64,000 nt of DNA, taken from Bacteroidota bacterium. Lineage in GTDB: Bacteria > Bacteroidota > Bacteroidia > Flavobacteriales > Flavobacteriaceae. Both the position numbers and the translations under genes were made by a program. How positions within the stretch are numbered: the stretch's first letter is position 1; each line of letters begins with the position of its first letter. The stretch lies in the NCBI GenBank assembly GCA_031413015.1, contig JANOEE010000016.1, forward strand, positions 72,070-136,069, written 5' to 3'. Below, in pieces: positions 38,079-48,564 of the stretch. The notes beneath the pieces are model-generated. The model had not been told where the DNA came from and searched no databases. It was given only the letters and a program-made list of their open reading frames with translations.

Positions 38079-40538
38079 TTAGCTCTCTTTTTTACCTCTA
38101 AATGATTTATTAAAAAATCTTAACAACTTGTTTTGTTTTTTGTCATCCTCGTGATAGCCATTAGCATAGCTGCCATATCCATAACCGTAACCATAACCAT
38201 AGCCGTATTTCGCTTTGTTTTCAAAACCGTTAAAAATGATACTTACATTGCTCAATTCCCCCTTTTTATGTCGCTCATTTAGTAATTTTATCATGTCTTT
38301 TTTAGTGTAATTTTGTCTAATAACGTACAATATCACATCTGAAAAGGCCGTAAGTTCTAACGCATCCGACACCAATCCTACTGGAGGTGTATCCAGGATG
38401 ATATAATCATAACGGGTTTTTAATTCTTCTAACATTTCCCGCATTGCATCACTCAAAATCAATTCGGAAGGATTAGGTGGTACTGGGCCAGAAGTGATGA
38501 CATCTAAAAACGGAATATGTGTTTTTTGAATGACCTCATCAATTGTTTTTTGGCCAATAAGATAATTAACTGCGCCACTATCATTAGTGATCTTAAAATC
38601 ATCAAATATTTTAGGCATTCTTAAATCGAGTCCAATTATTATAGTTTTTTTCTCGCTTAAAGCAAAAACTGTAGCTATGTTTATGGAACAAAAAGTCTTT
38701 CCCTCGCCACTTACAGAAGAAGTCAACATAAGTACTTTTGTACCTTCAACGTTTTGTTTTTTATATAAAAATTGTAAAGATGACCTTATGGCTCTGAAGG
38801 ATTCTGACAATGCAGACTTGGGCTTTTCGAAAACCGATAAGTTAGACATTCCTTGTTTTTTGCCTACAACTCCTATCAACGGAAGTTTTGTTAGCTTGCT
38901 GATATCATCTGTATTTTGAATAGCATTATTAAAAAAGAAAATTCCAAGAATGATAATTAATGGCAATAAAATACCAAGAAAAAAAGCCAGAATATAGTTG
39001 ACACTTGTTTTAGGACCTATTAATCCTCCGCCGGTATCTTTTGCCGAGTCAATGAAATGGATATCGGATAAATTTGCGGCACGAACAATATCTGCTTCAC
39101 TCTTTTTTGCAAGAAAGGTGCTGTAAATATTATCATTAAGATCGTATTTTCTTTTAATTTTAATCAATTCTTGTTGGTCTTCTGGCAATTGCTTGATCAC
39201 ACTTTCAGATTGATTGATTTTGCTTCCTATACTGTTAATTTCATATTGCAAAGTCGCTTTTGCAGAAGCAATATTTTCTAAAAGTACATTTTTAACAGCT
39301 TCCATCTGGTTATCAAAATCCCTGAATATTTTCTCGCTTTTTACCGCATATTTCATTTCTGAACGCTGGGTAGAAAGTGAAATCAGTTTAGAAACATTAA
39401 TTACAACATTAGGATCTTCGATCCCTGCTACAGATGGTGCTGGTAGTTTTGAGAAGTCGACACTGCTTTTTAAATAATTTTTTAGCGAATTATAATACGC
39501 TAATTTTCGGGCAACCTCGTCTTTTTTAATATCGTATTCTAAAAGTTGTTCCGAAATTTTAGCACCTCCTTCTTCAATTTCAAAAATATTTTTGCCTTTT
39601 CTGAATGATTTTAACTCAGAACTCGTCGCTTTGATTTGTTCTTCCATAGCGACTAATGTGCTATCAATAAACGCAATAGTATTGGTTGCAAACTGGTTTT
39701 TCATCGACAATTGATTGTCTTTTAAAACTTGAACGGTAGTGTTCAAATAAGTAACCATTCGGGCTTTGTTTGTGCCTTGCAGAGAAAGTTTTAAGATAGA
39801 GCCTCCTTTTACATCAGTTTCTACATTAATATTTTGAAATTTTGCAACCGTTCCATCAAAGTTGTTAAAACTTACAAAATACTCATTACCTTTATAAAAT
39901 CCGGGATTGTCTCTGATCTCTAATTTCCAATTTAAAAAGGGCAAGTTTACTTGCTCACCTACTTTGAATCGTTGCACAAAAACACCAATTGCTACTGAAG
40001 TATTGGTTTGAGAATTATCTGCATAATGAATTAATGAAACATTATCAGTTTCAAAAGGAATCATTATTTCGTATTCTTTTTCGCTTAAAAACTTAATTTT
40101 AATATTGGCTCCCGCCAGTTGCCCGTTTATTTTATTAATATTTACATAAAAAGGAACTTCGCCATACGCATCAACAATGTTGTATTTGTCTTGTTTGAGA
40201 TAGTTGATATAAAACTGGAGCTTTTCGACTACAAGTTCATTATGCGACCTTGATTTTAAAGTTGAAGATATGGTTTGTACCTGATCTGAGGTCCCACCCC
40301 AATTGAAAACCAAACTCGTATTTGAGGTAAAAAAAGGGTTATTTTCTTCTTTTACTGAGATAGTGGTTTGCATCGCATAAATTTTTTCTTTGCGAATGTT
40401 AACTTGGTATGCAATGGTAAAAGTAATGATTAATGAAAATAAAAACCATTTCCAGTAACTGATGGTTTTTAACAAAAAACCTTTGAAATCAAAGCTGTTC
40501 TGGTTTTCAAAAAAAGAAAAATCTTTTGTATCAAGCAT
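38079..40538 (-). CDS. wzc: Polysaccharide co-polymerase / BY-kinase (Wzc-like tyrosine autokinase)
   Basis: Two transmembrane segments flank a large coiled-coil periplasmic domain. Walker A SSVSGEGKT. Walker B-like IILDTPP. C-terminal tyrosine cluster YGYGYGYGYGYGSYANGY. Confidence 0.85.
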   Translation of the reverse strand: MLDTKDFSFFENQNSFDFKGFLLKTISYWKWFLFSLIITFTIAYQVNIRKEKIYAMQTTISVKEENNPFFTSNTSLVFNWGGTSDQVQTISSTLKSRSHNELVVEKLQFYINYLKQDKYNIVDAYGEVPFYVNINKINGQLAGANIKIKFLSEKEYEIMIPFETDNVSLIHYADNSQTNTSVAIGVFVQRFKVGEQVNLPFLNWKLEIRDNPGFYKGNEYFVSFNNFDGTVAKFQNINVETDVKGGSILKLSLQGTNKARMVTYLNTTVQVLKDNQLSMKNQFATNTIAFIDSTLVAMEEQIKATSSELKSFRKGKNIFEIEEGGAKISEQLLEYDIKKDEVARKLAYYNSLKNYLKSSVDFSKLPAPSVAGIEDPNVVINVSKLISLSTQRSEMKYAVKSEKIFRDFDNQMEAVKNVLLENIASAKATLQYEINSIGSKINQSESVIKQLPEDQQELIKIKRKYDLNDNIYSTFLAKKSEADIVRAANLSDIHFIDSAKDTGGGLIGPKTSVNYILAFFLGILLPLIIILGIFFFNNAIQNTDDISKLTKLPLIGVVGKKQGMSNLSVFEKPKSALSESFRAIRSSLQFLYKKQNVEGTKVLMLTSSVSGEGKTFCSINIATVFALSEKKTIIIGLDLRMPKIFDDFKITNDSGAVNYLIGQKTIDEVIQKTHIPFLDVITSGPVPPNPSELILSDAMREMLEELKTRYDYIILDTPPVGLVSDALELTAFSDVILYVIRQNYTKKDMIKLLNERHKKGELSNVSIIFNGFENKAKYGYGYGYGYGYGSYANGYHEDDKKQNKLLRFFNKSFRGKKES

Positions 40539-40550
40539 CGCTATTTATAA

Positions 40551-41345
40551 TTAATTTTTGAGCAATAAATAAGTTGTTGTAGCTAAGGATAATAACGTAA
40601 TAATTGTACTTAGCGATTCTATACCTGTTTTTCCTGTTCCCCAAGTTTTTTGTTTTAGAGGCTTTACATAAATATAATCATTAGGCTGAAGGTAATAATA
40701 AGGCGACTGCATGACTTTAATATCCGTTAAATCAATATCGTGAAGTTCGGTACCATGAGGATATTGTCTTATAATTGTCACATTTTTTCTATCGCCTACA
40801 ACTGTTATATCGCCAGCATTAGCAAGTGCTTCAAGTACATTTACTTTTTCTTGAAACAAGATTTTTGTGCCAGGCGCGCCTACTTCACCGTTTATAGTGA
40901 ATCGCAGTCCAGAAAGTTTAACATTTACAAAAATATCTGCTTCTTTATTAAAGTAAACGTTCAGGAGTTCTTTTTCGATTTTAATTCTGGTTTCTTCAAT
41001 AGTGTAACCCAAGACATTAACATCTCCAATTATTGGGATTCTAATATTGCCATGATCATCTACTGTAAAACCATTAAAGTACAAGGACTCGCTATTTTGA
41101 CCAGTTGCTCCAGCATCATTTGCAACTGGATTAAAAATGGCAACTAATTTAGAATCAATTGCTTTGATATTAATGCTTAAAACGTCATTAGTCTGTAGTC
41201 GGTAAGGTTTTACTACTACAGGATTCACAGCATTTGTAGCTTCAGATTTGTTTTTATTTTGTAAGTATATCAAGTCTGTTATGGGTACGCAAGAAGTAAA
41301 AAAAATCCCCACCAACAATAAAAAAATTATATTAATTCTATTCAT
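40551..41345 (-). CDS. wza: Polysaccharide export outer-membrane protein (Wza/BexD family)
   Basis: Lipoprotein-like signal (FFTSC). Poly_export motif YRLQTNDVLSI. SLBB-like domain. C-terminal hydrophobic helix. Confidence 0.85.
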   Translation of the reverse strand: MNRINIIFLLLVGIFFTSCVPITDLIYLQNKNKSEATNAVNPVVVKPYRLQTNDVLSINIKAIDSKLVAIFNPVANDAGATGQNSESLYFNGFTVDDHGNIRIPIIGDVNVLGYTIEETRIKIEKELLNVYFNKEADIFVNVKLSGLRFTINGEVGAPGTKILFQEKVNVLEALANAGDITVVGDRKNVTIIRQYPHGTELHDIDLTDIKVMQSPYYYLQPNDYIYVKPLKQKTWGTGKTGIESLSTIITLLSLATTTYLLLKN

Positions 41346-41362
41346 GATCCAATTTTTATAAA

Positions 41363-41370
41363 CAAATATA
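41363..41370 (-). promoter_or_regulatory. Candidate -7 box (TATATTTG) for the wza-wzc operon
   Basis: Exact TAnnTTTG match 18 nt upstream of the wza ATG. Confidence 0.35.
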
Positions 41371-41416
41371 GTTTTTCCTTTATAAATATAGAATTCATAA
41401 GGGTTTTAAAATGCGT

Positions 41417-42037
41417 TTAATTATTTTTAAAAGAATTCTCAAAAGGAACCCTTTGCAAAATACTTCTTCCTAGGGTAACCTCATCTGCATATTCTAGCTC
41501 ATCGCCTACAGAAATTCCTCTTGCTATCGTAGAGGTAATGATATCACAATCCTTAATCTGCTTGTAAATATAGAAATTTGTTGTATCACCTTCCATCGTT
41601 GAGCTTAATGCAAATATCAATTCTTTAACATTCCCAGATTTTATTTTTTCTACTAACGAATTGATTTTAAGTTGGCTAGGGCCAACGCCGTCTATAGGCG
41701 AAATTTTTCCTCCAAGTACATGGTAAACACCTCTAAACTGACCTGTATTTTCTATAGCCATTACATCTCGAATATCTTCAACAACACAAATAAGTTGGTG
41801 GTCACGGTTTTTATTGGCACAAATTTCACAAATTGTAACATCTGAGATGTTATGACAACTGTCACAAAATTTAATTTCTTGGCGCATACTAACCAATGCT
41901 TGTGATAAAAAACTGGTTTGCTCTACCGGTTGTTTTAATAAATGTAAAACCAATCTTAAAGCAGTTCTTTTACCAATTCCTGGTAATTGCGACATTTCAT
42001 TGACTGCTTTTTCTAATAATTTTGAAGAAAATTCCAT
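41417..42037 (-). CDS. recR: Recombination protein RecR
   Basis: HhH motif LPGIGKRTA, zinc finger CDSCHN...CEIC, and a Toprim region. Confidence 0.95.
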   Translation of the reverse strand: MEFSSKLLEKAVNEMSQLPGIGKRTALRLVLHLLKQPVEQTSFLSQALVSMRQEIKFCDSCHNISDVTICEICANKNRDHQLICVVEDIRDVMAIENTGQFRGVYHVLGGKISPIDGVGPSQLKINSLVEKIKSGNVKELIFALSSTMEGDTTNFYIYKQIKDCDIITSTIARGISVGDELEYADEVTLGRSILQRVPFENSFKNN

Positions 42038-42137
42038 ATTGCAAAAGTAGTTAATTTGTAGGCAAGGTTCAGGTTACAAAATTTGAAAATTTGAAGATTA
42101 TTTGTGTAATTTGGCAAACACAAAATTTACTTAAAAA

Positions 42138-43673
42138 ATGACGCCAATCGCTATCTTGACTTTAATAATTATTTACTTCGGAATTCTATTTACAATCTCT
42201 TATTTTGTAAGTAAAAAAGACAACGGAAACGAAGCTTTTTTTAAAGCCAATAAAAATTCAAAATGGTATCTTGTTGCCTTTGGGATGATAGGAACAGCAC
42301 TTTCTGGTGTCACTTTTATTTCTGTTCCTGGCGAAGTAGGATCTCCTAACGGAGAACAGTTCAAGTATTTTCAGTTTATTTTAGGTAATGCAATTGGGTT
42401 TATTATTATTGCAAAAGTATTATTACCACTGTATTATAGAATGAATCTCACCTCTATTTACAGTTATATCGAGCAGCGTTTGGGTTTTTATTCCTACAAA
42501 ACTGCCGCAACCATTTTCCTTATTAGTAGAACAATAGGTTCGGCTTTTAGACTGTATCTTGTAGTTATTGTTTTGCAGCGCTATGTTTTTGATTTTTATA
42601 ACATTGACTTTGCAATTACCGTTATGATATCCCTAGTTTTGATATTTGCTTATACTTACCGTGGCGGATTAAAAACCATTATTATAACTGATTCTTTACA
42701 AACTTTCTTTTTAGTTTCTTCGGTGTTTTTTACTATTTTATTTATCTGCAACAGTTTAGATTTGAGTTTTATTGAGGCTTTTGAAGAAGTAAAAAATAGC
42801 AATTATTCAAAAATATTTTTCTTTGAAGATTTTATAGGAAGCAAATTTCATTTTGTAAAACAAATTCTTGGCGGAATATTTGTAACTATAGCCATGGTAG
42901 GTCTTGACCAAGATTTAATGCAGAAAAATTTAAGTTGCAAGAACATTGGCGAAGCCCAAAAAAACATGTTTACTTTTACAGGTATTTTTGTGGTTATCAA
43001 CATCTTTTTCTTAAGTGTAGGCGCATTACTTTATATTTATGCTGCAAAAAATGGTATTGAAGTGCCAACCGATTTAATAACTGGCAAACCAAGAACGGAT
43101 TTGCTTTTCCCAGAAATTGCTTTTCACCATCTTGCTTTTATTCCTTCAATTGTATTTTTACTGGGTTTAACAGCGGCTACCTTTGCAACAACCGACTCTG
43201 CGCTGACTGCATTAACAACATCCTTTTGTGTTGATTTTTTAGGAATGGACAAGGAAAAGAATATTTTAAACACCGAAGCAGAAAATACAATTCTAGACAA
43301 TAAACTGGTTCGAACCAGACATTTTGTTCATATTGGGTTTTCATTGCTTATGTTTTTAGTAATTATAATTTTCAACACAATCAATGACAGCTCTGTTGTA
43401 GGAATGATTTTTAGAGTGGCATCCTACACTTATGGTCCTTTGTTAGGTTTGTATTGTTTTGGTCTGTTTATAAAAAGTAGAACTGTTCATGACAAATTGG
43501 TTCCAATAATTTGCTTACTTTCTCCAGCCCTAACTTTTTTTATAAGCGAAAATTCGAAATTACTTTTTAACGGTTACGTTTTTGATAACGAATTAATTAT
43601 TGTAAACGGATTATTAACATTTTTAGGATTACTTGTAATAAGTAAAACTGCAACGGCTCAAACTAGATTTTAA
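42138..43673 (+). CDS. Sodium:solute symporter (SSS) family transporter
   Basis: 511 aa, 13-14 hydrophobic segments, SSS-like organisation. Substrate unknown. Confidence 0.75.
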   Translation: MTPIAILTLIIIYFGILFTISYFVSKKDNGNEAFFKANKNSKWYLVAFGMIGTALSGVTFISVPGEVGSPNGEQFKYFQFILGNAIGFIIIAKVLLPLYYRMNLTSIYSYIEQRLGFYSYKTAATIFLISRTIGSAFRLYLVVIVLQRYVFDFYNIDFAITVMISLVLIFAYTYRGGLKTIIITDSLQTFFLVSSVFFTILFICNSLDLSFIEAFEEVKNSNYSKIFFFEDFIGSKFHFVKQILGGIFVTIAMVGLDQDLMQKNLSCKNIGEAQKNMFTFTGIFVVINIFFLSVGALLYIYAAKNGIEVPTDLITGKPRTDLLFPEIAFHHLAFIPSIVFLLGLTAATFATTDSALTALTTSFCVDFLGMDKEKNILNTEAENTILDNKLVRTRHFVHIGFSLLMFLVIIIFNTINDSSVVGMIFRVASYTYGPLLGLYCFGLFIKSRTVHDKLVPIICLLSPALTFFISENSKLLFNGYVFDNELIIVNGLLTFLGLLVISKTATAQTRF

Positions 43674-43678
43674 CTCAT

Positions 43679-43727
43679 AAAAAAATCCCTTTCATGGAAT
43701 AATAAAAGGGATTTTTGTTTTTTTATG
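43679..43727. terminator. Hairpin terminator between the convergent symporter and CoA-binding genes
   Basis: Stem atcccttt / aaagggat, flanked by an A run and by tttttgttttttt. Confidence 0.5.
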
Positions 43728-43736
43728 AAATAAAAT

Positions 43737-44105
43737 TTAATATTGATTAGTAGTCAATAAAACTAACGTACAAGCAACTTCGACTTTAATATTATTTAGT
43801 TGTAATAATTGATAAAACTCAGGATTTTCTGTTCTTGGATTAAAAACAACTCGCTTTGGTTTTGCGTCAACAATGTAGTTGTAATAATCACGTTGTCTCG
43901 CAGGATTCAAATACAAGGTTACCGTGTTTATATTAGCTAACGGAATGGCTTTTGTCTGAATTTTAATTCCTGCAACTTCTCCAGCATTTTGACCTATTGC
44001 TAATACCGAGTGGCCTTTATCAACAAGCATTGTTATGGCTTTATAAGCATATCGGTCAGGTTTTGTTGAGGCTCCTAAAACTAATGTTTTTTTATTTTTA
44101 ATCAT
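43737..44105 (-). CDS. CoA-binding domain protein (YccU/YneT-like)
   Basis: KTLVLGASTKPDRYAY and the approximately 122-aa length from the ATG at 44105. The ORF-track start at 44243 is a TTG that adds an implausible extension. Confidence 0.7.
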   Translation of the reverse strand: MIKNKKTLVLGASTKPDRYAYKAITMLVDKGHSVLAIGQNAGEVAGIKIQTKAIPLANINTVTLYLNPARQRDYYNYIVDAKPKRVVFNPRTENPEFYQLLQLNNIKVEVACTLVLLTTNQY

Positions 44106-44262
44106 GTCAAAAAAAGATTTAGGGTAAAAGTAGTAAAAATAATGGCTTTGGTTTTCAATAAATTCAATATCTTTAATTTCAGAAAGTAGAAATTCATAAC
44201 CTACAATTAATTTTAATTTTACGCTGGCAGCCTTTAAAACCAACTAATTTCGCAAAAAAACA

Positions 44263-44886
44263 ATGGAAATTTTTATTTATTTATTTTTTGCCCTTTTTTC
44301 AGTGTTAAATCCTATAGGCACTGTGCCCATATTTGTAGGATTGACTCAGCACGATGACAAAGCGGAACGTTCTAGAATTTCATTATGGACTGCGATTGAT
44401 GTTTTTATAATACTCATCATTGCTTTTTTTATTGGCCAATATGTGTTGTCATTTTTTGGGATAACCATAAATGCGCTTAGAATAACTGGTGGTATTATCA
44501 TTGCGAGCTCGGGTTTTTCGCTTCTTAACGGAAAATTCAATAAAAATAAAGGAATCAATAAAAAAGTAGAGCAAGAAGTAAAAGTACGCAACGATATTGC
44601 GCTTACACCGCTCGCAATGCCTATGCTTGCTGGACCTGGTTCCATGTCATTATTAATTGCTTATTACCAAGACCATCACTCAATGAATGAGATTATAGCG
44701 TGCAGTTTTGCTATACTTGCCGTTTCTATTATAATTTATTTGGTTTTAAAAAGTGCGCATTACCTTTCAAAAATACTTGGAACTTCAGGAATTGTTGCTA
44801 TTTCTAGAATTGTAGGTTTTCTTACCATTGCCATTGGAGTTCAATACATAATAAGTTCTATTTTAAGCATTGTAAGAGGAATCTAA
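44263..44886 (+). CDS. MarC-family integral membrane protein
   Basis: 207 aa, six hydrophobic segments, N-terminal NPIGTVPIF typical of MarC/UPF0056. Confidence 0.8.
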   Translation: MEIFIYLFFALFSVLNPIGTVPIFVGLTQHDDKAERSRISLWTAIDVFIILIIAFFIGQYVLSFFGITINALRITGGIIIASSGFSLLNGKFNKNKGINKKVEQEVKVRNDIALTPLAMPMLAGPGSMSLLIAYYQDHHSMNEIIACSFAILAVSIIIYLVLKSAHYLSKILGTSGIVAISRIVGFLTIAIGVQYIISSILSIVRGI

Positions 44887-44937
44887 TTGCTTGATTGTCT
44901 TAATAATTTTGATTAAATTTAATGAAAATTAAGGGCT

Positions 44938-46365
44938 ATGAGAATATTATTAACGGGTGCAAACGGTTATGTAGGCAAACGCTTGTTGCCAGAGTTGCTC
45001 AATCTCAATCATGAAATCATTTGTTGTGTACGTGATAAACGCCGTCTGGGTTTAGATGACATTACATTGGCTAAAATTACAATTTGGGAAGTCGATTTTC
45101 TTGATGATCCAGAATACGAAAATATTCCTCAGCATATTGATGTCGCTTTTTACCTCATCCATTCTATGACAGCTTCCACAACTGAATTTGATGTTTTAGA
45201 AGCCAATGCCGCTTTGCATTTTAACCAATACATGGAAAATATTGGCGTCAAACAAGTAGTTTATTTGAGCGGAATAATTAATGAACTCAAGCTTTCAAAA
45301 CATTTGCAATCCCGAAGCGATGTCGAAGCTATTTTATACAAAGGCCAATTTAATTTAACTGTTTTAAGAGCAGGTATTATTGTAGGTTCTGGAAGTTCTT
45401 CATTTGAAATCATAAGAGATTTGTGTGAAAAATTACCTATTATGATTACTCCTAAATGGGTTTTAACAAAATCGCAACCCATTGCAATTCGAGACGTGAT
45501 GCAATATTTAATTGGCGTGATGTTACGAGAAGATTGTTATAATGAATCCTTTGATATAGGCGGTCCTAATATAATCACTTACAAACAAATGATGTTGCTT
45601 TATGCAAAAACACGTGGTATTAAATTATGGATTTTTACATTGCCCATAATGACCCGAAGATTGTCATCCTACTGGCTGTACTTTGTTACATCTACCTCAT
45701 ATAAATTAGCAGCGAATTTAGTGGATAGTATGGCCATGGAAGTGGTTTGTAGGGACAACAAACTACAAAATAAATTAGGAATCAGACCTATTTCCTATGT
45801 TGATGCTATAAAACTGGCCTTTTTAAAAATTGAACAAAATCTTGTGATTTCGAGTTGGAAAGACAGTTTGTCCAGCAGCCGAAGCGCCGATGATTTATCA
45901 GGTTACATTCAAGTGCCTACTTATGGGTGTTTAAAGGATGTAAAAACTTTAAAAATTAATAATGTAGAACAAACACTAGACAACATTTTCTCGATCGGAG
46001 GTCAAAAAGGATATTATTATGGCAACTGGTTGTGGCGCATTCGCGGCAATATGGACAAACTAATAGGCGGTGTGGGTTTGCGTCGCGGAAGAACGAATCC
46101 TAACGTAATACATTCTGGCGATTCATTAGATTTCTGGAGGGTTTTACTGGCCAGTAGAGAAGAAAAAAGATTACTCTTATTTGCCGAAATGAAACTTCCT
46201 GGTGAAGCTTGGCTCGAATTTCGAATCAATGAAAAAAATGAATTGCGACAAATTGCAACTTTTAGACCTCGTGGTTTAATGGGAAGATTGTATTGGTACA
46301 GTGTTGTTCCTTTTCATTATTTTATTTTTGGCGGAATGATAAAAAATATAGCCAATTCTAAATAA
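44938..46365 (+). CDS. NAD(P)-binding SDR-like protein with a DUF2867-like C-terminal domain
   Basis: N-terminal ILLTGANGYVGKRL Rossmann motif. The 475-aa two-domain layout fits. Confidence 0.7.
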   Translation: MRILLTGANGYVGKRLLPELLNLNHEIICCVRDKRRLGLDDITLAKITIWEVDFLDDPEYENIPQHIDVAFYLIHSMTASTTEFDVLEANAALHFNQYMENIGVKQVVYLSGIINELKLSKHLQSRSDVEAILYKGQFNLTVLRAGIIVGSGSSSFEIIRDLCEKLPIMITPKWVLTKSQPIAIRDVMQYLIGVMLREDCYNESFDIGGPNIITYKQMMLLYAKTRGIKLWIFTLPIMTRRLSSYWLYFVTSTSYKLAANLVDSMAMEVVCRDNKLQNKLGIRPISYVDAIKLAFLKIEQNLVISSWKDSLSSSRSADDLSGYIQVPTYGCLKDVKTLKINNVEQTLDNIFSIGGQKGYYYGNWLWRIRGNMDKLIGGVGLRRGRTNPNVIHSGDSLDFWRVLLASREEKRLLLFAEMKLPGEAWLEFRINEKNELRQIATFRPRGLMGRLYWYSVVPFHYFIFGGMIKNIANSK

Positions 46366-46392
46366 AAATCCCAAATTAAAATAATTTGGGAT
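46364..46392 (-). terminator. Terminator after cysN (may also serve the convergent plus-strand gene)
   Basis: 10-bp stem atcccaaatt / aatttgggat with a 5-nt loop, followed by a T-rich run on the minus strand. Confidence 0.5.
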
Positions 46393-46413
46393 CATAATTT
46401 TGAGTATGAATGA

Positions 46414-47658
46414 TTATCTCACAAAGCCCACAGCAACAGTATTATTTGTTTGTGGATCAATCAAAATAAAAGTGCCATTTGCTTTATTGTCAATATATTT
46501 ATCCAAAAAAATAGGATTGGCCAGTTGTAATTTTATAGTTCCAATATCATTGAGCCTTAACGTAGCAGTTGGATTTAATTCTAAAGGTTTTACTGGATTG
46601 AGCAAGTTATCAAACCTTTTTATTTTACAAAAAGTAGTCCTGCTACCTGCCTGAATTGTATATTTTGTTACTAAACTCGCTTCTGTTTCATCTAGCCAAA
46701 CCATTTGAGCCTCAATTTCTTTTTCAAATAGAAAGTCATGAGTTGCTTTAGCAAGCATCATTCCGCGACTTATATCCACTTGGTCTTTGAGTTTTATTTG
46801 AACAGATTGTCCTTTTTGAGCAGTATTTAAAATAGATTTGAATTTTGAAATTTCAACAACCTCAGTTTCAATTTTTGAAGGCAAAACAAAAATTTTGTCG
46901 CCTACATTAATCTTTCCTGAGATCACTCTTCCTGCATAAGCACGGTAATCAACATGTTCTTCATTTTGCACATGATATACTTGTTGTACATCCATTTTAA
47001 AAACAATTTCTTCTGAATCCTGTTTTTTAAAGTCATGTAAAACTTGAGACAATGTTTCTCCTCGATACCAATTCATATTTTCTGAAAAATGAACCACATT
47101 ATCACCTTTTAAAGAACTTATAGGGATAATTTTAATTTCTTGTTCGGTATCAGGTAATTCACTAATCATTTTTTCAATATCAGAAGCTATTTTAAAAAAT
47201 ACATCTTCACTGTAATTGACTAAATCCATTTTGTTGATACAAAAAATTACAGATTGTAATCGCAACAATCGGCTTATAAAATAATGGCGGTGTGTTTGTT
47301 CTAAAAGTCCTTTTCTAGCATCAATTAGAATTATTGAAACTTCAGAGTTAGAAGCGCCAGTAACCATATTTCTTGTATATTCAATATGTCCTGGACTATC
47401 CGCAATTATAAATTTTCTCGTTAAAGAAGAGAAATAAATATGTGCTACATCAATTGTAATTCCCTGTTCTCTTTCTGCAATTAATCCATCAGTAATAACC
47501 GAAAAATCAAGATCTTGCAAGCCTTTTTCTTTCGTTTTTTTTCTAACTAATTCTTCTTGTTCAATTGTCAGCGCATTGTTATCATATAAAAACCTCCCTA
47601 TTAAGGTGCTTTTTCCATCATCAACACTTCCTGCTGTATTTATTTTAAGTAGTTCCAT
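46414..47658 (-). CDS. cysN: Sulfate adenylyltransferase subunit 1 (GTPase), with no fused APS-kinase domain
   Basis: GSVDDGKSTLIGR, DSPGH and NKMD motifs. The start is the ATG at 47658 (MELLKINTAG), 1 nt after the cysD stop. The ORF-track start at 47691 is a TTG overlapping cysD. Confidence 0.9.
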   Translation of the reverse strand: MELLKINTAGSVDDGKSTLIGRFLYDNNALTIEQEELVRKKTKEKGLQDLDFSVITDGLIAEREQGITIDVAHIYFSSLTRKFIIADSPGHIEYTRNMVTGASNSEVSIILIDARKGLLEQTHRHYFISRLLRLQSVIFCINKMDLVNYSEDVFFKIASDIEKMISELPDTEQEIKIIPISSLKGDNVVHFSENMNWYRGETLSQVLHDFKKQDSEEIVFKMDVQQVYHVQNEEHVDYRAYAGRVISGKINVGDKIFVLPSKIETEVVEISKFKSILNTAQKGQSVQIKLKDQVDISRGMMLAKATHDFLFEKEIEAQMVWLDETEASLVTKYTIQAGSRTTFCKIKRFDNLLNPVKPLELNPTATLRLNDIGTIKLQLANPIFLDKYIDNKANGTFILIDPQTNNTVAVGFVR

Positions 47659-47659
47659 A

Positions 47660-48553
47660 TTAAAAATATCCTCCTTTTTTTCTTTGTTCAAGTGCAGCCT
47701 CTGATCGTTTATCGTCTATTCTCGCGCCCCTTTCGGATGATTTTGAAGCTTTATTTTCATACATCACTTCCTCAATTGTGGCTGCGGTAGAAAGCAATGC
47801 AGCTGTGCAAGTCATATCACCAACAGTCCTAAAACGAACTATATGATTTTCAATTTCATCTGTTGGTACAAGGTTCAAATGTGCTGAATGTGCTAAAAAA
47901 GAACCATCGCGTTTTACTAATTTTCTGTTGTGTGCAAAATAAATATTAGGCAATTTTAAATCTTCATGTTTTATATAGCTCCACACATCTTCTTCTGTCC
48001 AATTGCTTATAGGAAAAGCCCTTACATTTTCGCCAAAATTAATTTTCCCGTTTAAGATATTGAATAACTCTGGACGTTGTTTTTTTGAATCCCACTGCCC
48101 AAAATCATCTCTTACAGAAAAAACTCTTTCCTTAGCCCGTGATTTTTCTTCGTCTCTCCTTGCGCCACCTATGCAAGCGTCAAAACCAAATTCTTCAATT
48201 GCATCAAGTAGCGTAACTGTTTGTAGAGAATTGCGACTTGCATGTTTGCCCGTTTCTTCTTTGGCTTTATTTGCATTGATACTGTCTTGTACGTACCTAA
48301 CAATAAGCTCTACACCTAATTCTTGCACCAACTCATCTCTAAATGTTATGGTTTCAGGGAAATTATGTCCTGTATCAATATGCAAAAATGCAAATGGAAT
48401 TTTACCTGGATAAAAAGCTTTTTGTGCCAATCTTGCCACAGTGATTGAATCCTTACCTCCAGAAAATAACAGAACTGGTTTTTGAAACTGTGCTGCTACT
48501 TCTCTTAGAATATAGATACTTTCGTTTTCTAATTCTTCTAAATGGTTTTGCAT
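47660..48553 (-). CDS. cysD: Sulfate adenylyltransferase subunit 2
   Basis: PP-loop SGGKDS, and a C-terminal ERGARIDDK...EQRKKGGYF segment typical of CysD. Confidence 0.95.
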   Translation of the reverse strand: MQNHLEELENESIYILREVAAQFQKPVLLFSGGKDSITVARLAQKAFYPGKIPFAFLHIDTGHNFPETITFRDELVQELGVELIVRYVQDSINANKAKEETGKHASRNSLQTVTLLDAIEEFGFDACIGGARRDEEKSRAKERVFSVRDDFGQWDSKKQRPELFNILNGKINFGENVRAFPISNWTEEDVWSYIKHEDLKLPNIYFAHNRKLVKRDGSFLAHSAHLNLVPTDEIENHIVRFRTVGDMTCTAALLSTAATIEEVMYENKASKSSERGARIDDKRSEAALEQRKKGGYF

Positions 48554-48564
48554 ATCATCAAATT

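Noticed and set aside
38166-38216. Hexanucleotide-like repeat encoding (GY)n at the 3' end of wzc.
   Set aside because: It is explained as the C-terminal tyrosine cluster that BY-kinases autophosphorylate. The codons are not perfectly repeated, so slippage is unlikely.
46400-46654. 84-aa plus-strand ORF downstream of the DUF2867-like gene.
   Set aside because: It lies antisense within the 3' end of cysN and starts inside the terminator region.
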